From contig CAJFCJ010000150.1 in the NCBI GenBank assembly GCA_904063045.1, positions 1 to 33,411 on the forward strand: a stretch of DNA of 33,411 nucleotides. Reading direction: 5' to 3'. The DNA is from Dimorphilus gyrociliatus (Eukaryota; Animalia; Annelida). Below the pieces are notes generated by a model that did not search any database, was not told the origin of the DNA, and worked only from the letters and a program-made list of their open reading frames with translations. Made by a program: the position numbers and the translations under genes. Below are positions 28,281 to 33,411 of the stretch, piece after piece; the first letter of the stretch is position 1, and each line of letters opens with the position of its first letter.

Positions 28281-31200
28281 AGTCTCTTGAGAAGTTTGTT
28301 TCTTTCCTTAATTTTATAGTTAACAAATTCACCACAAATGAAGCATAATGGGTCAAAAACTGAATTAAAAACTAACATAATTGAAATATACAGAATAATT
28401 GTATTGTTTTTTAATGATTTAAAATCAAAGAATGAAAGTATTCCTGTTTGGAATGAAAGAAAGATAATATACAATGAATATAACTTCATATACTGTATAT
28501 GAAATTCAATGTGGTAGAGAGATTTTCTTACACAAATTCCTTTGATAAATATTGTATAGTCTTAGCGATTTACTCTTTTTCAGAACATATTTTGTTATCA
28601 GCTGTAAGAAAAGCTCCCATCAACCCTTTAAGAAAACACTTTTAAATACCTAATATTGAAAAAAACAACCAGGCAAACATATTTGAAAATGATATTGATA
28701 CAAGTGCATTATGTAATTTCACTTTAGTTCCATTTTTTGCATTCAATTTTTTTGTTGATTTAATATATAAACTACTTATTATACAACAGACTATTGGTGT
28801 GATAATACTAAAGATAGTGAAAGGCATTATCCAATATTTTTTATTCTCCTTTCGTATTTGTACAAAAAAACAAATTGGAGAAAGGCTATGCATTTTCTAC
28901 AAAAACAACAATTTTTCAATGCTATTAATGAAATGTTTTAAATTTTTATTCTTTTGGCCTACACTATTATAAGCTAAAGGAATGATTGACATGAATAGGC
29001 AAAAAATTATTGATATAGAGGCAAATTTCCATTTTGAGGACTTTTTAATCAGAACAGTATGATAACTACTGAGACATATCAAAAGTGTGCTTGTCAAGGA
29101 TAACACTGATGAAAAAGTCATAGCTATTCCTAAAAATTGGCAAATATTACTATTCCTCCATTCATGATCAATTTCTATATAAGATAATGAATAATATGCA
29201 TCAGCAACTGCTATTGCTACCACATAACATGATGTTAAAAAGTCACTTATTATCAAAAGTATTTGAAAATATTTTAGGTTTTTGTTCAAGTAGACACTTA
29301 AACAGAAAGAAACTGCATTACCAATTAGACCCATTATACCAAAAGACCAGAATATTATTCTTACTGAAGTTGAAGTTAACAGTGTTTTACAATTAAAAAA
29401 AAATGACAAAGATGGAAAACACTCTGTTAACTTTCCAAAATATTTCCACACAAGGCAACAAAATTGAAATTTATCGCCATGAATTTCTTTTACTTTTGTT
29501 AGTCCAGATAGCATTTTTCTTGCCTCCAAAATTGAAATATTTGATTGATTTATATAAAGGAATTTAAGATTTTTCAATGAAAGAAATGATTCATTTTCAA
29601 TGGTTTTAATTGGACAATTTGACATTTTCAAAATCTCTAATCTATGCAAAATTTTAAAATCACCTTCTTTAATTATGTTCACATAATTGAATGAAATGTC
29701 AAGATATCTTAAATTGGAACATTGCAAATTCTTTGAAATAAAATTTAGAGATTGAACATAATTAAATGAAATATCTAAATGCTGTAAAATTGTTAGAGGT
29801 CCATATAGGATTATTAGTGTTTCAAGACTATTGGTAACATTATTAAGTTGTAGATAAATTAAATTTGGAAATAGAGTAGCATTCATTTGAAACTGTAAGG
29901 AATGTTTTACACTCAAAAAGAATAAATCTAATGATAAAAAATTCAGAAATCTTTTGGCATTGTTCCAATAATTAAAATTCTTTTGAGATATATCAATTGG
30001 CTACTTTTGTTATTTTTATATTGAAGAAATTGTACTTGATCAACATCTGTAAATTGGCAGGACATTTGAATATTCAAATTGATATTACAATTTGATGTTG
30101 CAGTTATATTTGGTATTGAACAAAACAATTCATCACTTCCACTTAAACAATTCACCAGTCCATCACAAACTTTTGAAGTAGTAATAAAATATCTTTGATT
30201 TCTGCACTTAAAATACCCATTTGCTACAAAATTATCTGAATTTATGGTGAAAACTGTTGAAATATTATAGATTTTTTCTATATGAAACTAACTGCAATCT
30301 GTTTCGTCATCAGCTAGGTAACAATCAAGTGTACCATCACAAATTTGTTCAATGGATATGCAATAGTTGCTTTTATAGCAGAGAATTGTCCATAAGGGCA
30401 TGATGTTCTGACACATTTTGATGTTACTGAGTATAAATCAGTTTTTGGTAGTCCTATAGTGTTTTTCAGGAAATAGCATCTACTTTCATTAGGCTCTAAA
30501 GTGTCTCTAGTCTCTTTTTCGTCAATAGTACAGTCTCTTTTTTCCATCATTTTTCATAAAAACTGGTATACAATAATTCTCGCACTTTAATTGAAAATCT
30601 CTGTTACAACCTGTGCAAAGCATACAAAGTAGAAAAAATAGAATCTAAATGGATCTTGCCTGTTTGATACTCTTTATCAAAGCATTTTCCATAAAGCAAA
30701 TTTCATCAGATTGATCAAAGCAGTTTTTTTCATTATCACATATTTGACTTTTATGAATGCATTGTTTATTGTGACAATTTCTACATTACAATATAAAAGA
30801 AAAGTAATCTTTTTTTTAAAAAGATTGTACCTACATGAAATTTCCAAAACAGCTTTCCTTTCTGTGAAAAATAAAGAAAAATGGTAATGAATTGTTATGT
30901 TAAGAAGATATTGAAAGAACTAACTACAATATCTTTCATCAGAATTGTCAGAACAATCATTCTGATAATTACAAACATTTACAAAGCTAATTTTTTCCCT
31001 TGTGGAAAAACAGTGAAAGTAGTTAGTTTGATGGTCTTGGCAGAATTCTTTGTCTTCATCTTCATTAGTTATACAATCATTAACTCCATCACAAATGTAT
31101 ATTATATTTATATATATTTTAGTACGGTAACAAAAAAAAGTATTCAGCAGGATTGGAGCCTTTTTCTTATTTATTTCTTCAAAGTTTTCTGGTCTATATA

Positions 31201-33411
31201 CATCTATAAATCGAGAAATTGAATATGAAGGAATTGATATAGTGAATAAGAGGGAGAATTGTAAGACTTTAGAGCTAACTCTGAATTTTTTGACAGTAGA
31301 CTGGTCTTTTAAATTTTTCAAAGCAATTGAAAAATTCTACTTCTAAATTATTAATTATCAGAATAGCAGAGCTTTGTGTCATAAAAATTAACTGCTAAGT
31401 AATGACTCAAATTAAAATTGCTTTTAATTACCTCTCATCTAAATCACCTTTTGAATCCTGAAAACTCTGTGCAGCATACAATGAAATAACAAAATATTCA
31501 AATAGTTTTTTCTTTCATGTTGTTTTAGTTCAAGACTTACAAAAAGTGACAACTTCAAACATTTAGATATAAGTAGTTGTTCAGCAGGTTTTGGTTTAAA
31601 AAGAAATTCTCTGTTAAGATTATCAAAAATATGATTTGACTGAAAAAAAAACCCTTTATATATTTATTATTTTTAATATTTTGTTACTTTTTTCATCACT
31701 AACATCACTATGACTGTAAAGAGGAATATTGGTATTTATTCCACTTGAACTCCATAGACTGAATAGTTATTGTGATGTCTCTCTTTTAAATGTACTATTG
31801 AAAGAAAAACAATCAGTTAATTTGAAAGTTTGTTGGAAAAGATATATTTTGAGATCATTTACTAATAATATAATTTCCATAATTGGACTTTAAAGATACT
31901 CTAGAATTTTCAATTTCTTCCTTTAGTGCTATTAGATTGAGAACAAAATTTTTTTCCATGGTTGAAAAATCAGCTAGTTTTAGATTTTCTCTTTGACAAA
32001 CCAATTCCCTCTCCTTGATATTTAATGATATATTTGCATCAAATGAATAATAACATATGTCATATATTATTAAGACTTTTTCACCAAAACAACCTAAAGA
32101 TAAAAGTTCCTTACAAAAGAGTGGGTTTAGAGCAGACAGAACAGAGGGTACAAAAGAACTGTCAATGTCCTTACTCCCTGGATTACAAATAGACCCTTTG
32201 TATCTTTGTTAGACAAACCTATATATGATCTGTTTGAACATTCTATAAAGTACATTGCTGCATGGTACTTTTTTGAATTATCATTTCATTCCTATTAAAT
32301 TACAGATATAATTTAATATGCATTGTCAATTTGGAGGTTAAAGACAAGTGACTTCACAAACAGTTGACCAGGGTGAAATATGATTAATACATAAAATAAA
32401 ACAAATAAAACCTGCCAACTTTATATTTTGTGTTCAGTTGTCCTGAATCCTCTTTTACTTTACTACTAAAATTACGATTTAATGATATTGCAATTAAAAA
32501 GGGAAGTTTCATTTCCATTGCACTGAAGTGATGAATATAAAGCTAAATTGTTTTTCACATAAAGTAGTTCGTGGTATCTGCTAAAGTATAAATTTTCTCC
32601 AATAATAGTTCCATACTTGAAACCAAATGCTTGGCATATCTTTTGAACTTCATTATAGTATAAATAAGCAAAACTGATCCAAGTAAAGTTATATACTTGA
32701 AATCTTCCAGCAAAACTATAAAATGAGTGTTTGTCACCAAGATATAGAATTTTGTCAGGGCTGTTATATAATCTAAAGGCTACAGAATATTTGATTGTGG
32801 CTTTAAATTTTGAAAATAAATGCTATAGAGAAAAGTACAGGAATTATCCTTAACTTTATCACATTTTAGCGAAACAAGAATGAATTCAACTTTTACTTTT
32901 GGAGAAAGTATTACACATGTCTGATTAATGTCTTCAATATTTTGACATTTTGTTAAATATGGTATTTGTTTCTATTAAGCAATTTACAAATATACTTAAC
33001 AACATTGTTTTAAAATTATAGACTTTTGAGACCTTAAATCATTTGTTTTTTTAAAGCAGCTATCTTCTTTCAGTGACATTGACATTAAGCACAAAATACT
33101 TGGCAGTAGAAAATGGATGAACTTTCTCTTTTATTGTAGACTGTTAATAGTAAGCCATATGTTTTGGATTTGATAAATATGGCACTGTTTCCTTTGAAAC
33201 ATATGATAAATAATATTTTTCCCAATTTTTTGCTTCACTGTATTCTAATACTTGAAAATCTTTGAAAAATACAAGTAAAACATGTCATAACATTGTTTTT
33301 TTGAAAATGTTCAGAGAAAGTACTTCAAAATCCATATATGAACAAAAAACATAATGGATGCTCTGAGATATTTCATCAATCATTATTGATTTACTTGAAT
33401 TTAAAATAGTT
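28281..33411 (-). CDS. Multi-exon GRL101/LGR-type receptor: SRCR, several LDLa repeats, LRRs and 7TM; 5' end probably beyond the window
   Basis: SRCR exon 32476-32822 (GRFQV..W..ICQAFGF..LQCNGNETSLFNC). LDLa repeats such as CDGVNDC, CNYQNDCSDNSDE, CDGTLDC..DDETDC and CDGLVNCLSGSDE (30150-31130). LRRs LDISFNY. TM1-7 are joined by in-frame GT-AG introns 28897-28962 and 28444-28649, with TM7 FNSVFDPL. Two 1-nt homopolymer shifts occur near 30384 and 29947. The exon structure above 31340 is only partly resolved. Confidence 0.82.
32436..32458 (-). repeat. Merlin-TIR-like motif in a receptor intron
   Basis: AGTTGTCCTGAATCCTCTTTTAC is nearly identical to 534-558. Confidence 0.5.

Noticed and set aside
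30611-30670. Possible GC-AG intron (CAG|gcaag)
   Set aside because: It gives a stop in the next exon; the canonical GT donor at 30670 restores the LDLa frame.
29187-31222. Plus-strand ORFs 29187-29396 and 30881-31222
   Set aside because: Antisense shadows of receptor exons.
1-33411. CRISPR arrays, rRNA, tRNA, PBS
   Set aside because: No repeat-spacer array, rRNA-like or cloverleaf sequence was seen, and no PBS follows any LTR.

Overview
AT-rich eukaryotic (invertebrate animal-type) scaffold with short ~50-70 nt GT-AG introns and two N-gaps (6037-6273, 18019-18028). It is dominated by a very young Ty3/Gypsy LTR retroelement family. A + strand copy (6274-13108) encodes RT, RNase H and integrase followed in the same frame by a signal peptide and a ~790-aa envelope-like type I membrane glycoprotein with class III (herpes gB/rhabdovirus G-type) fusogen motifs. 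There is also an inverted near-identical 3' half (3401-6036), two more LTR copies (17401-18309, 25598-26395) and an older, deleted and block-permuted sister-subfamily copy (22720-~26950). Other content: a decayed Merlin/IS1595-like transposase with TIR (1-559), a decayed Mutator-like transposase (~15160-16453), a stand-alone 90-aa cold-shock-domain gene, two F-type lectin genes and an internally deleted ABCC transporter pseudogene. At the right end is a large minus-strand SRCR-LDLa-LRR-7TM receptor (GRL101/LGR type) whose C-tail can be spliced in frame to a degenerate kinase-like domain; a second, convergent paralog of that kinase-like domain lies next to it. Many frameshifts are single-base homopolymer indels and may be sequencing errors. 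All family assignments are by manual motif recognition; no database searches were run.
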